37,098 nt of DNA, from contig CALRHQ010000002.1 of NCBI GenBank assembly GCA_943359415.1, positions 1 through 37,098 of the forward strand, written 5' to 3'. The notes under the pieces were generated by a model, which saw only the letters and a list, made by a program, of their open reading frames with translations, made no database searches and was not told where the DNA came from. The translations under genes and the position numbers were made by a program. The stretch is from Candidatus Peribacteria bacterium. GTDB taxonomy: Bacteria > Patescibacteriota > Gracilibacteria > UBA1369 > LOWO2-01-FULL-3. Every line of letters starts with the position of its first letter. Position 1 is the first letter of the stretch. Positions 9,216 through 16,384 of this stretch are shown here, piece by piece.

Positions 9216-10577
9216 ATGTATAATTCTCCTTATCGAACTCAAAGAAGAGCACCTTCAAAAAAGGGTTACCTTATGCCGTTCTTGGTAATTTTATGCATTG
9301 GAATTATTGGAGTTTTGATTTTTAATCTATGGAGTTTTATTTTTGGAGGAAGGTCTGTGAATGGAGCTTATTTGCATATATTAGAAGGAAGTGTTCAAAT
9401 GAAAACGTGGAATACTCAAGACTTTTTTGGCGTTTCTTCTGATGCCTTGGTGCTTCAGGGGGATGAATTTAAGACTTCTGCAGACTCAAAAATTATTGCG
9501 GAATTTTTTGATGGAACTGTTATGAGAATTGCCGGGAACAGTGACATAGTTTTGAGTGTGATTGATGATAGTGAGAAAAACCCTGCGATAAGCCTTCTTC
9601 TTGTAAATGGAAAAATTTGGGTAAATAAAGTTTACGGAGCGACTGCTGGTCCTACGGTTGTGGAAGTAAGGGGTGATAGTGTCGTTGTAAAGTCCGACAA
9701 GCAGAGTATTTTTGATTTTGAAAATGAAACAGGTGAGGCTTTGAGGGTTGTTGCCGGAGATAGCGTTGCTATAGATATTTTGAATGAGGTTGGCGATAAA
9801 GTTGTGGATAGTGAAGTTGTTGGAGTTGGACAAGAAGTTGTTTTTACGGATGATGTGATGAAGAGTTATTGGGAATTTAGAAGTCCTAGTGTGCTTTCTA
9901 TGCTTTCTGATGCATTTAAGGCTGGCGAATTCTATCTTTGGAATATTGGAGAAGATAAAAACCCAACGAAATTTATTAAATCTACGAGCGGTGATGGACA
10001 ATTTGTGAGAGTGGAGCCTGAGGTGATAGTGCCGCTTGAACTTACTGTTGATACTGATGGTGATGGAATTTTTGATGCACCTGCGCTTGATGTGGCCAGT
10101 GAGGTGACGAATCCAGATGGAACTAAAGTTGATCCTACTGCTGCGGCGAAAACTGACGCTGAGAAGGCAGCTGCTGCTAAAGCTGCGGCAGATAAGGCAA
10201 AAGAGACTGCTCCAAAAGTTGTTGGGGCTGCGCCGACTGTTGTTTCAGTTGGTGGTGGACAGCCTGACGGCAAGGGTGTTTATCAAGTTACTGCGAATCC
10301 GGCTGTTATTGTTGGAAATCCAAATGGTGCGATTGCTATTGTAGTAAATGGCTTAACTTTGAAGAAATTTAGAGCGAGCGATAAAACTTGGTCGTATTTC
10401 GCAAATAGTGATTACGGCTTCATGAAAGAAGGGGAGAACATCTATGAAATTTATGGTATAGATAAAGATGGTAATAAAACGCCGATTACTACTATAAAAG
10501 TGTTCTACAAAAAGCCTGCTGTGGTCGTTGCTCCTGTAGAGTCAAAACCAGAGGAGGCTACGAAGCCAACGCCGTAA
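9216..10577 (+). CDS. Membrane-anchored hypothetical protein with a FecR-like beta domain, an Ala/Lys-rich linker and an Ig-like C-terminus
   Basis: An N-terminal TM segment (LMPFLVILCIGIIGVLIFNLWSFIF) is followed by a segment resembling FecR-type domains (GSVQMKTWNT...LQGDEFKTSADSKIIAEFFDGTVMRIAGNSDIVL). The linker reads AAAKTDAEKAAAAKAAADKAKE. Confidence 0.65.
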   Translation: MYNSPYRTQRRAPSKKGYLMPFLVILCIGIIGVLIFNLWSFIFGGRSVNGAYLHILEGSVQMKTWNTQDFFGVSSDALVLQGDEFKTSADSKIIAEFFDGTVMRIAGNSDIVLSVIDDSEKNPAISLLLVNGKIWVNKVYGATAGPTVVEVRGDSVVVKSDKQSIFDFENETGEALRVVAGDSVAIDILNEVGDKVVDSEVVGVGQEVVFTDDVMKSYWEFRSPSVLSMLSDAFKAGEFYLWNIGEDKNPTKFIKSTSGDGQFVRVEPEVIVPLELTVDTDGDGIFDAPALDVASEVTNPDGTKVDPTAAAKTDAEKAAAAKAAADKAKETAPKVVGAAPTVVSVGGGQPDGKGVYQVTANPAVIVGNPNGAIAIVVNGLTLKKFRASDKTWSYFANSDYGFMKEGENIYEIYGIDKDGNKTPITTIKVFYKKPAVVVAPVESKPEEATKPTP

Positions 10578-11603
10578 TTAAAGGTATTTCGCTTTATTTG
10601 AGTTGTGTTCTTCGTTTGTTTTTGAGTAGATTGTTGTGCCGTCTTTTGCTGATAGATAAAACCAATATTCTGTATTTGTAGCATTTAGTGCAGCAGAAAT
10701 TGCATCTATGTCCGGATTACAGATCGGTGTGGGAGGAAGGCCTTTAACTTTTCGTGTGTTATAAGGAGAATCTTTTTGTAAATCTTCTTGTGTGATTTTA
10801 TTGTTGTTTTTTTCGTATAACAAAGTCGCGTCTGCGCCTAGCATCCAGCCACTTTCAAGTCTTTTCCATAAAATTCCAGCTACTATTTTTCTGTCATTCT
10901 TGCCGAAAACTTCGCGTTCTACTATTGAGGCCATTGTTATTATTTCTGAAATTGAATATTTTTTTAGCATTGTGCCGTTTGCGCTTACAGCTGTTTGCCA
11001 TTTTTTCTCAAAATTATCCAATGCCTTATATATAAGGTCGTTTGATTTAAAGTCTGATGGATCTAGATAATAAGTGTCAGGATAAAGGTATCCTTCGAGT
11101 GGAACATTGGATTTGCTAAGAGTGTTTTTGTCTAAGAATGAATAATATTGCCATCCGTTGAAGCTTTTTATCGCTGAAATAAATTCACCTGATTTGATTA
11201 GCTCCATCTCTACGAGTTTTTCGTCGATGTCTTTTACAGTAAGGCCTTCTTGGATTGTTATTACAAATTCAGATTTTGATGCATCTATCAATGTATTTGC
11301 GATTTCTTTTACTGTCATTGATTTATTTAGTACAAATCTTCCGGCAATTAATTTTTCTGATGTGTCCTGAAGTTTTCCATATATGTAGAAGGCAGTTGAG
11401 CTTTTTATGAGGTCTTTTCCTTCGAGATTGTTTGCCACTTCACGGAGTGTTGAATTTTTCTTTATAGTGAATGAGATTTCTTTGGTGTCAGTTTTATCGA
11501 CAGGTGTGTTTATGTTGCTGAAATAAGCTTTTGTGAAAAGGAAAATATTGATTAGCACTATAGCTAAAATAACGAATAAGGCTTTGTTTGTTTGGTTTTT
11601 CAT
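10578..11603 (-). CDS. mltG: Endolytic murein transglycosylase MltG (YceG-like)
   Basis: An N-terminal TM segment, a YceG-family core and the C-terminal signature SPYNTRKVKGLPPTPICNPDIDAISAALNA. Confidence 0.9.
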   Translation of the reverse strand: MKNQTNKALFVILAIVLINIFLFTKAYFSNINTPVDKTDTKEISFTIKKNSTLREVANNLEGKDLIKSSTAFYIYGKLQDTSEKLIAGRFVLNKSMTVKEIANTLIDASKSEFVITIQEGLTVKDIDEKLVEMELIKSGEFISAIKSFNGWQYYSFLDKNTLSKSNVPLEGYLYPDTYYLDPSDFKSNDLIYKALDNFEKKWQTAVSANGTMLKKYSISEIITMASIVEREVFGKNDRKIVAGILWKRLESGWMLGADATLLYEKNNNKITQEDLQKDSPYNTRKVKGLPPTPICNPDIDAISAALNATNTEYWFYLSAKDGTTIYSKTNEEHNSNKAKYL

Positions 11604-11616
11604 TTATTGTGAAGTT

Positions 11617-11910
11617 TTAAGTCAATCCTGGGATATTGAAGTCAGGTCCCATAACATTTTTCATCAGGTCTGCTCCGATTTGTTGTGATCTTTTTACAGC
11701 TTTGTTGAAGCATTTTTCGAGTTTTTTCTCCAATGCTTCTTTACTTTCATTTGTAAGCTCCGGAAGAGTGACTTTTACGACGTTTTGTTCTCCATCTATT
11801 ACTACGGTTACGCCATCGTCTTCGGCTTCAATATGCGTATTCTTTAGCTGACTTTTTATCTCTCTAGCCTTCTTTTGCAGCTGATATAGTTGCTTTGCTT
11901 TGTCGAACAT
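11617..11910 (-). CDS. ybaB: Nucleoid-associated protein YbaB/EbfC
   Basis: 97 aa. MFDKAKQLYQLQKKAREIKSQL...VTVVIDGEQNVVKVTL...LMKNVMG..IPGL is the typical YbaB pattern. Confidence 0.9.
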   Translation of the reverse strand: MFDKAKQLYQLQKKAREIKSQLKNTHIEAEDDGVTVVIDGEQNVVKVTLPELTNESKEALEKKLEKCFNKAVKRSQQIGADLMKNVMGPDFNIPGLT

Positions 11911-11974
11911 AAATGGTTGTTTTAAGCGATTTTGGCTAACTATACCATAGATTAGAATTTCCTCAAAAAATCTA

Positions 11975-12003
11975 TTGCATGGGTAAGTAAATTCGGCTAG
12001 ACT
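11975..12003 (+). promoter_or_regulatory. Candidate sigma70-type promoter for rplY (TTGCAT-N17-TAGACT)
   Basis: -35 TTGCAT at 11975-11980, an exact 17-nt spacer, and -10 TAGACT at 11998-12003, 21 nt upstream of the ATG. This rests on motif match only. Confidence 0.35.
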
Positions 12004-12024
12004 GAGCCAGCAATTTATTTTTGA

Positions 12025-12684
12025 ATGGTTAAATTTATGGATGCAACAATATTAGAAGTACAAAGCAGAAATGCTGAAGAAAAAGCCAAAGATTTGTTGG
12101 CTGAAGATTTTATTCCGGCAGAATTTTATGGGAAAGGTGTTGATAATATGTCTTTTAAGATGGATTACCAAACTTTCAGAAGAATTTTCAATAAAGCCGG
12201 AAATAATACTGTTATCGACATTGTTGTCGATGGTAAAAAAGGTCCAAATGTTCTTGTCGGTGAGGTTCAGTATCATCCGATTAGCGGAAATATGATTCAC
12301 GTTGATTTTAGAAATGTGAAAATGGATCAGGAAATTACTACAAATATACCTCTTACTTTCGTTGGAACTGCACCTGCGGTTAAAAATCTTTCTGGAATCT
12401 TTATGTCTAAGATCGATGAAGTTGAAGTTAAGTGTCTACCAAAGGCTCTTGTTCACAATATTGAAGTAAGCATTGATTCACTTGAAGATTTCCACTGTTT
12501 CGTTAGGATTAAGGATTTGGTTGTTCCTGCTGGAATTACTATTCTAAATGAACCTGAAGATCTAGTCGCAGTAGTTGTTGAGCCAAGAGCTGAAGAAGAA
12601 GTTACTCCTGTAGCGGCTGTTGTTGCTGAAGGTGAAACTGCTGAGGGTGAGGCTAAAGAAGGTGAAAACAAAGAAGGAAAATAA
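12025..12684 (+). CDS. rplY: 50S ribosomal protein L25 / general stress protein Ctc
   Basis: IPAEFYGKGVDNMSFKMDYQTF...GEVQYHPISGNMIHVDFRNV matches the L25/Ctc N-domain, followed by an acidic C-terminal tail. The start could instead be the Met at 12037. Confidence 0.9.
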   Translation: MVKFMDATILEVQSRNAEEKAKDLLAEDFIPAEFYGKGVDNMSFKMDYQTFRRIFNKAGNNTVIDIVVDGKKGPNVLVGEVQYHPISGNMIHVDFRNVKMDQEITTNIPLTFVGTAPAVKNLSGIFMSKIDEVEVKCLPKALVHNIEVSIDSLEDFHCFVRIKDLVVPAGITILNEPEDLVAVVVEPRAEEEVTPVAAVVAEGETAEGEAKEGENKEGK

Positions 12685-12707
12685 TTTTGAATTTGGTTCT
12701 AATGATT

Positions 12708-12737
12708 TTATTGCATTTTGATTTCAAAGTGCAATAA
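12708..12737 (+). terminator. 12-bp hairpin downstream of rplY (possible terminator)
   Basis: TTATTGCATTTT (12708-12719) pairs with AAAGTGCAATAA (12726-12737): 11 Watson-Crick pairs plus one G-U, with a 6-nt loop. No strong T-run follows. Confidence 0.35.
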
Positions 12738-12760
12738 TGTTAGTTGAATTATTTATACCT

Positions 12761-13276
12761 ATGAAAAAAGTTATTTATTCATTTATATTGGTTGGAATTT
12801 TTAGCCTGATTTATACGGGTTGTTCTCTGTTTAATTTGAAGGCTTCAGATGTTGTTTCTGCTGAGTTTTATGTAGATGATGGAAATATTCCTGATGATTA
12901 TTTTTCAGTTTCTACTTTTAAATTAACACCAAGTTTGACAGATAGAACTATTTCTCTTGATTATGCTCGTTTGTATCCGAAGGCATCTGAAAGCGTTAAA
13001 CTCGAAAACCCTGAAGTGAAAAACAATGGTATTGTTGGTGGGGAGTTTTTTGATCGTTTTGATGAAATGACGGATTTGGTTCTTGATGGAAAGTTGAAAA
13101 ATTCTGTTGAATACGATCCGGCGACTGGAGTTGGAAAGTTTGAATTGACTCTTAATTTTAAAAATGGAAAAAGTCAAAAATATGACTATAGTATGATACA
13201 AAATGATGTGGAATTCGATTCTATCAAGTCTTTATTTACTGATCTTACGAATCTTTTTAGTCAGGATGTTTATTAA
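12761..13276 (+). CDS. Putative lipoprotein (hypothetical)
   Basis: The internal Met at 12761 gives MKKVIYSFILVGIFSLIYTG|C, a lipobox-like signal. The track start at 12737 lies inside the upstream hairpin. No family was recognised. Confidence 0.65.
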   Translation: MKKVIYSFILVGIFSLIYTGCSLFNLKASDVVSAEFYVDDGNIPDDYFSVSTFKLTPSLTDRTISLDYARLYPKASESVKLENPEVKNNGIVGGEFFDRFDEMTDLVLDGKLKNSVEYDPATGVGKFELTLNFKNGKSQKYDYSMIQNDVEFDSIKSLFTDLTNLFSQDVY

Positions 13277-13293
13277 AATTTAATCAAAACAAA

Positions 13294-13884
13294 ATGGATC
13301 TTAAAAGTTATGTTATTTCCGAAGCAAAAGATGCTTTGGCGATTTTGAAGTTTGATAAAGTAAAAATGGCTCATGTTGCAGGTAAAGCTGAGGCTACTAG
13401 AAATGGTATTATTATTCTTCTTGTGCCTGCACTTTTCAATATTCTTTTTGGTGCAATGAGTTTTCCTTCCGGATTCTCCGCTATTTTTTCAAGGTTTCTT
13501 GTTTGGCCACTTTTGATTCCTGTTTTTGCTTTTGTTGGAATGGTTTTTGGAGTGAGTTATGTGGCTAGAAAATATTTTCATGGAGTAGGGCACGATATCG
13601 GATTTTTTAGAGTTTTGTCTTATGCATCTATTGTTTCTTGGGTTTCTATCCCTGTTGCTATTCTTTCAATGATAGGGATTTTTGATATATTTAATTTGCT
13701 TAGTTTGATAAATTTGGCGGTTGTGATCGTGGTTTTTGCTGTTGCTTATCATATGCTTTTGGATTATCACAAAGTTCATAAAGATGATGCCTTAAAAATA
13801 ATGGTTATTGGAATTATCGGATATTTTGTTCTTCAGTGGATTTTTGGGAAGATTTTGGTAGGGGATGTGTATAGATACTTCTAA
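13294..13884 (+). CDS. Polytopic membrane protein, Yip1-like (hypothetical)
   Basis: A soluble N-terminal ~35 aa is followed by about five hydrophobic helices. The topology resembles the Yip1 family. The assignment is tentative. Confidence 0.6.
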   Translation: MDLKSYVISEAKDALAILKFDKVKMAHVAGKAEATRNGIIILLVPALFNILFGAMSFPSGFSAIFSRFLVWPLLIPVFAFVGMVFGVSYVARKYFHGVGHDIGFFRVLSYASIVSWVSIPVAILSMIGIFDIFNLLSLINLAVVIVVFAVAYHMLLDYHKVHKDDALKIMVIGIIGYFVLQWIFGKILVGDVYRYF

Positions 13885-13886
13885 AG

Positions 13887-14047
13887 AGAGAAAAGGCAAG
13901 AAATGAGGTTATATCTCTTCACAATTTGTTTGTGCAATTTGTCATATCTAACATGTACGATATGACAAAAATTTAGGCATCATGATGCCTAAATTGGCAC
14001 AAAAATAAATTGCTCATAGACATAACCTCATTTCTTGCCTTTTCTCT
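13887..14047. repeat. 161-bp nested palindromic element (perfect 26-bp terminal inverted repeats plus two internal hairpins); MITE-like or structured RNA
   Basis: 13887-13912 (AGAGAAAAGGCAAGAAATGAGGTTAT) is the exact reverse complement of 14022-14047. Inside are an 11-bp hairpin (13938-13948 / 13959-13969) and a perfect 26-nt palindrome (AATTTAGGCATCATGATGCCTAAATT, 13970-13995). A further imperfect stem pairs 13922-13935 with 13997-14012. Confidence 0.85.
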
Positions 14048-14079
14048 AATTCTGCTTTTATGATAATATTGTTGTGGAT

Positions 14080-14105
14080 GTCGAGATCGATAATGGTTAT
14101 CCTGA
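14080..14105 (-). other. Partial degenerate copy of the 5' half of the adjacent tRNA-like gene
   Basis: On the minus strand, TCAGGATAACCATTATCGATCTCGACAT aligns with the tRNA-like TCAGGGTGGTCCAGTTATCGATTTCGACAT. The block TTATCGAT(C/T)TCGACAT matches at 15 of 16 positions. Confidence 0.55.
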
Positions 14106-14136
14106 AAAAGAACCCCGCAATTGCGGGGTTCTTTTT
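14105..14136. terminator. Bidirectional rho-independent terminator
   Basis: AAAAA-GAACCCCGC-AATT-GCGGGGTTC-TTTTT: a 9-bp GC-rich stem and 4-nt loop, flanked by A5 and T5. It lies 9 nt past the 3' CCA of the minus-strand tRNA-like gene and downstream of the plus-strand Yip1-like gene. Confidence 0.88.
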
Positions 14137-14145
14137 GGTTAATGC

Positions 14146-14216
14146 TGGTGGAGCCACAGGGAATCGAACCCTGGTTATGCGAATGTCGAAATCGATAACT
14201 GGACCACCCTGACCCC
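14146..14216 (-). ncRNA. Non-canonical tRNA-like RNA gene (71 nt including encoded CCA); resembles the tRNA-like domain of tmRNA; not foldable as a standard cloverleaf
   Basis: Minus-strand sequence: GGGGTCAGGGTGGTCCAGTTATCGATTTCGACATTCGCATAACCAGGGTTCGATTCCCTGTGGCTCCACCA. The 7-bp acceptor stem is GGGGTCA/TGGCTCC and includes G3-U70. The T-arm is perfect (CAGGG-TTCGATT-CCCTG), followed by discriminator A and CCA. No D-stem is possible. Instead a 10-nt single strand precedes an 8-bp bulged stem (GTTATCGA/TCGCATAAC) capped by a 9-nt loop (TTTCGACAT). A strong terminator follows. Confidence 0.6.
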
Positions 14217-14346
14217 CCAATGCATTAACCAGATTGACTGTGTAGCAAGGCGATATTAAATTTTTCTAAAATCTTTGTGATTCTTATTGTTTCGTTCGAG
14301 GATTTGTTGTGAAATGGTTTTCGGGCTTTAAAAAGAGTTGATTTTG

Positions 14347-14355
14347 TGGTATAAT
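14347..14355 (+). promoter_or_regulatory. Extended -10 promoter element (TGGTATAAT) upstream of the 653-aa gene
   Basis: The TGnTATAAT consensus is matched exactly at 14347-14355, 23 nt upstream of the ATG at 14379. A weak -35-like TTTAAA sits 17 nt upstream. Confidence 0.45.
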
Positions 14356-14378
14356 ATTTAGATATAAATTAGCTATAA

Positions 14379-16340
14379 ATGGCCGATAATAAATCAAAAA
14401 GTTTTGGGGTAAATCCGTTTGATGATGATGCAAATAGTGCTAAAGCTAAGCATTTTTCTGACGACGAAGGTTCGAATGTGGGTGATTCTCCGAGAAAAAA
14501 GGAAAAGAAGCCAAAAGTTTCTCGTGTTGTTGATGAAGATTTGGTTGATGATCAGACTGAAGTTCAGCACAAAACGAAGAAAAAGATCAAAGGATATAAG
14601 AGTGATGTTAAGGAATATGTTAGTAAAGTCGCTTCGAAAGGTCAGAGGTCTGAGCTTAAAGACTCTCTTGCCGAGGAAGGTACTTTTGCGGATAAAGATG
14701 TGAGTGTAAAGAAAAAACGTAAAAGGAAGCGAAGGAAGAAAGTAAGTGGTTCTGAAGAAGTTAATGAGAATAGTGGTGGTACAATGCCTTCTGTTGGAGC
14801 TGTTCCAGCGCCGGAGAGTTCTGAGTTCGTTGAATCTGGTTTCGTTCCTGAAGTTTCTGAAGGTATTATTGAAGAATTGGAACCTGATGGTCAAATTGTT
14901 GACCAGGCTATGCCTGAAGAGGTTGTACCTGCGAAGACAACTTTTCCTGAGGAAGAACCTGTGGTTGAAGAAAGTATTGTGCCAGAGCCTGAAGAAAGTG
15001 TTTCGACTGTGGAGGCTGTTGTTGAACCTGTTGAAGAGCCTGTTGTTTCAAAAAAAGAAACTTTTAATCCTTTTGGTGCTGAAAATGTTGAAGAGCCGGT
15101 TGTCTCAGAGAATGTTGTTCCTAAGGTTGAAGATGAATCAAATCCTTTTGCAACTTCAGAAGAAAAAAAAGAAGAAGTCATTCCGATAAATCCTTTTGCT
15201 GAGTCGTCTCAAAACACTTGGGATGAGCCAAAGTGGAGAAATTTTTCTGAGGATGAAAATGTTGTGAAAAAAGATGAACCGGTTGGTGATTTTACTGATA
15301 ACATGCCTAAGGAATCTTCTCAAGCAATTGAGCCTGAAATCGTGGAAACTCGAACTGTTTACGAAGAACCTAAGATTGTTACTAAAGAGCCTATTGCTGT
15401 CCCTCAAGAAACGAAATCTGTGTTGAAGGAAAGTACTACGCCTATAGATATTGTTTCAGATCTTCACGATCGAGATGGTTTCTTTTATATGCTTGAGCAG
15501 GCCGGAATCACAAAAGGTAAAATTTTTGGAATTGCTGCACTTTTTGTTTTTGTTCTTCTTGGAATTGTTGGAGCATTTTTTATTCCATTCGGTAATATTT
15601 TTGAAGGACTTGGTGGGAGTGATAATGCCGAAAAAAATCAACAAAAGGAACAACCTAAAAAAATAGAAAAAAAGGATGTTGAAAAGGAATCAACTTCTTC
15701 TGTGCAAAATGGTGCGGATGTCTTAAATATGAGTGAAATCTTGGGAAATGAATATGATTATTTAGTCCTTGGAAATGATAAAATTGCTGGTGCTTTTTTT
15801 GCACTTAGACTTGGTGGTGAATTTGTGAGTTCTGAACACAGATTTTCGTATTACATGAGACACCTAACTGAAATGCAAAATTTGTACGCCACAGATGTGT
15901 ATAAATTACTTGATCAATCTTATGATAGAAGGGCTACTTTAACAGATTTTTTGAATACAATGAAGGTCTCGATTGAGACTGGAAAACAGATTTATGGAGA
16001 AGCTGCAAAAGCTGCTTCGAATTTGAATGCAGCTGATATTTCTGCAAATAATCAAAAGGATATTTTTGAGCAGGAATTTTTTACCGATATTAAAGATTTG
16101 AGAGGGCAAGATTCTTTCACAAATCTTGAAAAATTTGTAGGATTTTCTCAAAATGCTGTGCGTCTTCGATCTTATTATAAAGCCTATAATTATATTTCGC
16201 AGATGTATCTTAATTCTCTTAAAAAGATTGAACCGAGATATCATGATATTTTTGTGAATTTTGATGCATTGGTGAAAGGTGTTCATGTCTTTGATGTGAT
16301 TGGTTCTGATATAAATGCAATTATTCGTTTATCTCAATAG
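14379..16340 (+). CDS. Single-pass membrane protein: ~390-aa acidic disordered N-terminal region with four NPF motifs, one TM segment, and a ~240-aa C-terminal domain (hypothetical)
   Basis: The 653-aa ORF lies behind an extended -10 promoter. The TM segment is IFGIAALFVFVLLGIVGAFFIPF. NPF occurs at residues 12, 230, 255 and 271. No family was recognised. Confidence 0.75.
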   Translation: MADNKSKSFGVNPFDDDANSAKAKHFSDDEGSNVGDSPRKKEKKPKVSRVVDEDLVDDQTEVQHKTKKKIKGYKSDVKEYVSKVASKGQRSELKDSLAEEGTFADKDVSVKKKRKRKRRKKVSGSEEVNENSGGTMPSVGAVPAPESSEFVESGFVPEVSEGIIEELEPDGQIVDQAMPEEVVPAKTTFPEEEPVVEESIVPEPEESVSTVEAVVEPVEEPVVSKKETFNPFGAENVEEPVVSENVVPKVEDESNPFATSEEKKEEVIPINPFAESSQNTWDEPKWRNFSEDENVVKKDEPVGDFTDNMPKESSQAIEPEIVETRTVYEEPKIVTKEPIAVPQETKSVLKESTTPIDIVSDLHDRDGFFYMLEQAGITKGKIFGIAALFVFVLLGIVGAFFIPFGNIFEGLGGSDNAEKNQQKEQPKKIEKKDVEKESTSSVQNGADVLNMSEILGNEYDYLVLGNDKIAGAFFALRLGGEFVSSEHRFSYYMRHLTEMQNLYATDVYKLLDQSYDRRATLTDFLNTMKVSIETGKQIYGEAAKAASNLNAADISANNQKDIFEQEFFTDIKDLRGQDSFTNLEKFVGFSQNAVRLRSYYKAYNYISQMYLNSLKKIEPRYHDIFVNFDALVKGVHVFDVIGSDINAIIRLSQ

Positions 16341-16384
16341 TGAGAAGTGCTATACTGTGGTCTGGTATTTATTCTTGAACCGGT

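Noticed and set aside
10117-10344. 75-aa Leu/Arg-rich ORF, and other short ORFs of 60-170 aa overlapping annotated genes in alternate frames or on the opposite strand (e.g. 9486-10001, 14394-14894, 14746-15189, 17900-18250)
   Set aside because: They sit entirely within better-supported CDS, have biased low-complexity composition and no homology signal.
14014-14220. 68-aa minus-strand ORF
   Set aside because: It runs straight through the tRNA-like gene, the GC-rich terminator hairpin and the arm of the palindromic element. It is an artefact of structured non-coding sequence.
13885-14378. Full-length or two-piece (permuted) tmRNA (ssrA) hypothesis for the tRNA-like locus
   Set aside because: The only GGGG able to form the acceptor 5' strand is 71 nt from the CCA. 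A ~350-nt gene would collide with the 14379 CDS and its promoter. The downstream candidate tag frames (e.g. AELEKRQEMRLCL*, ...FRHHDA*) do not resemble degradation tags. The perfect long palindromes are unlike tmRNA pseudoknots. The locus is kept only as a tmRNA-TLD-like RNA.
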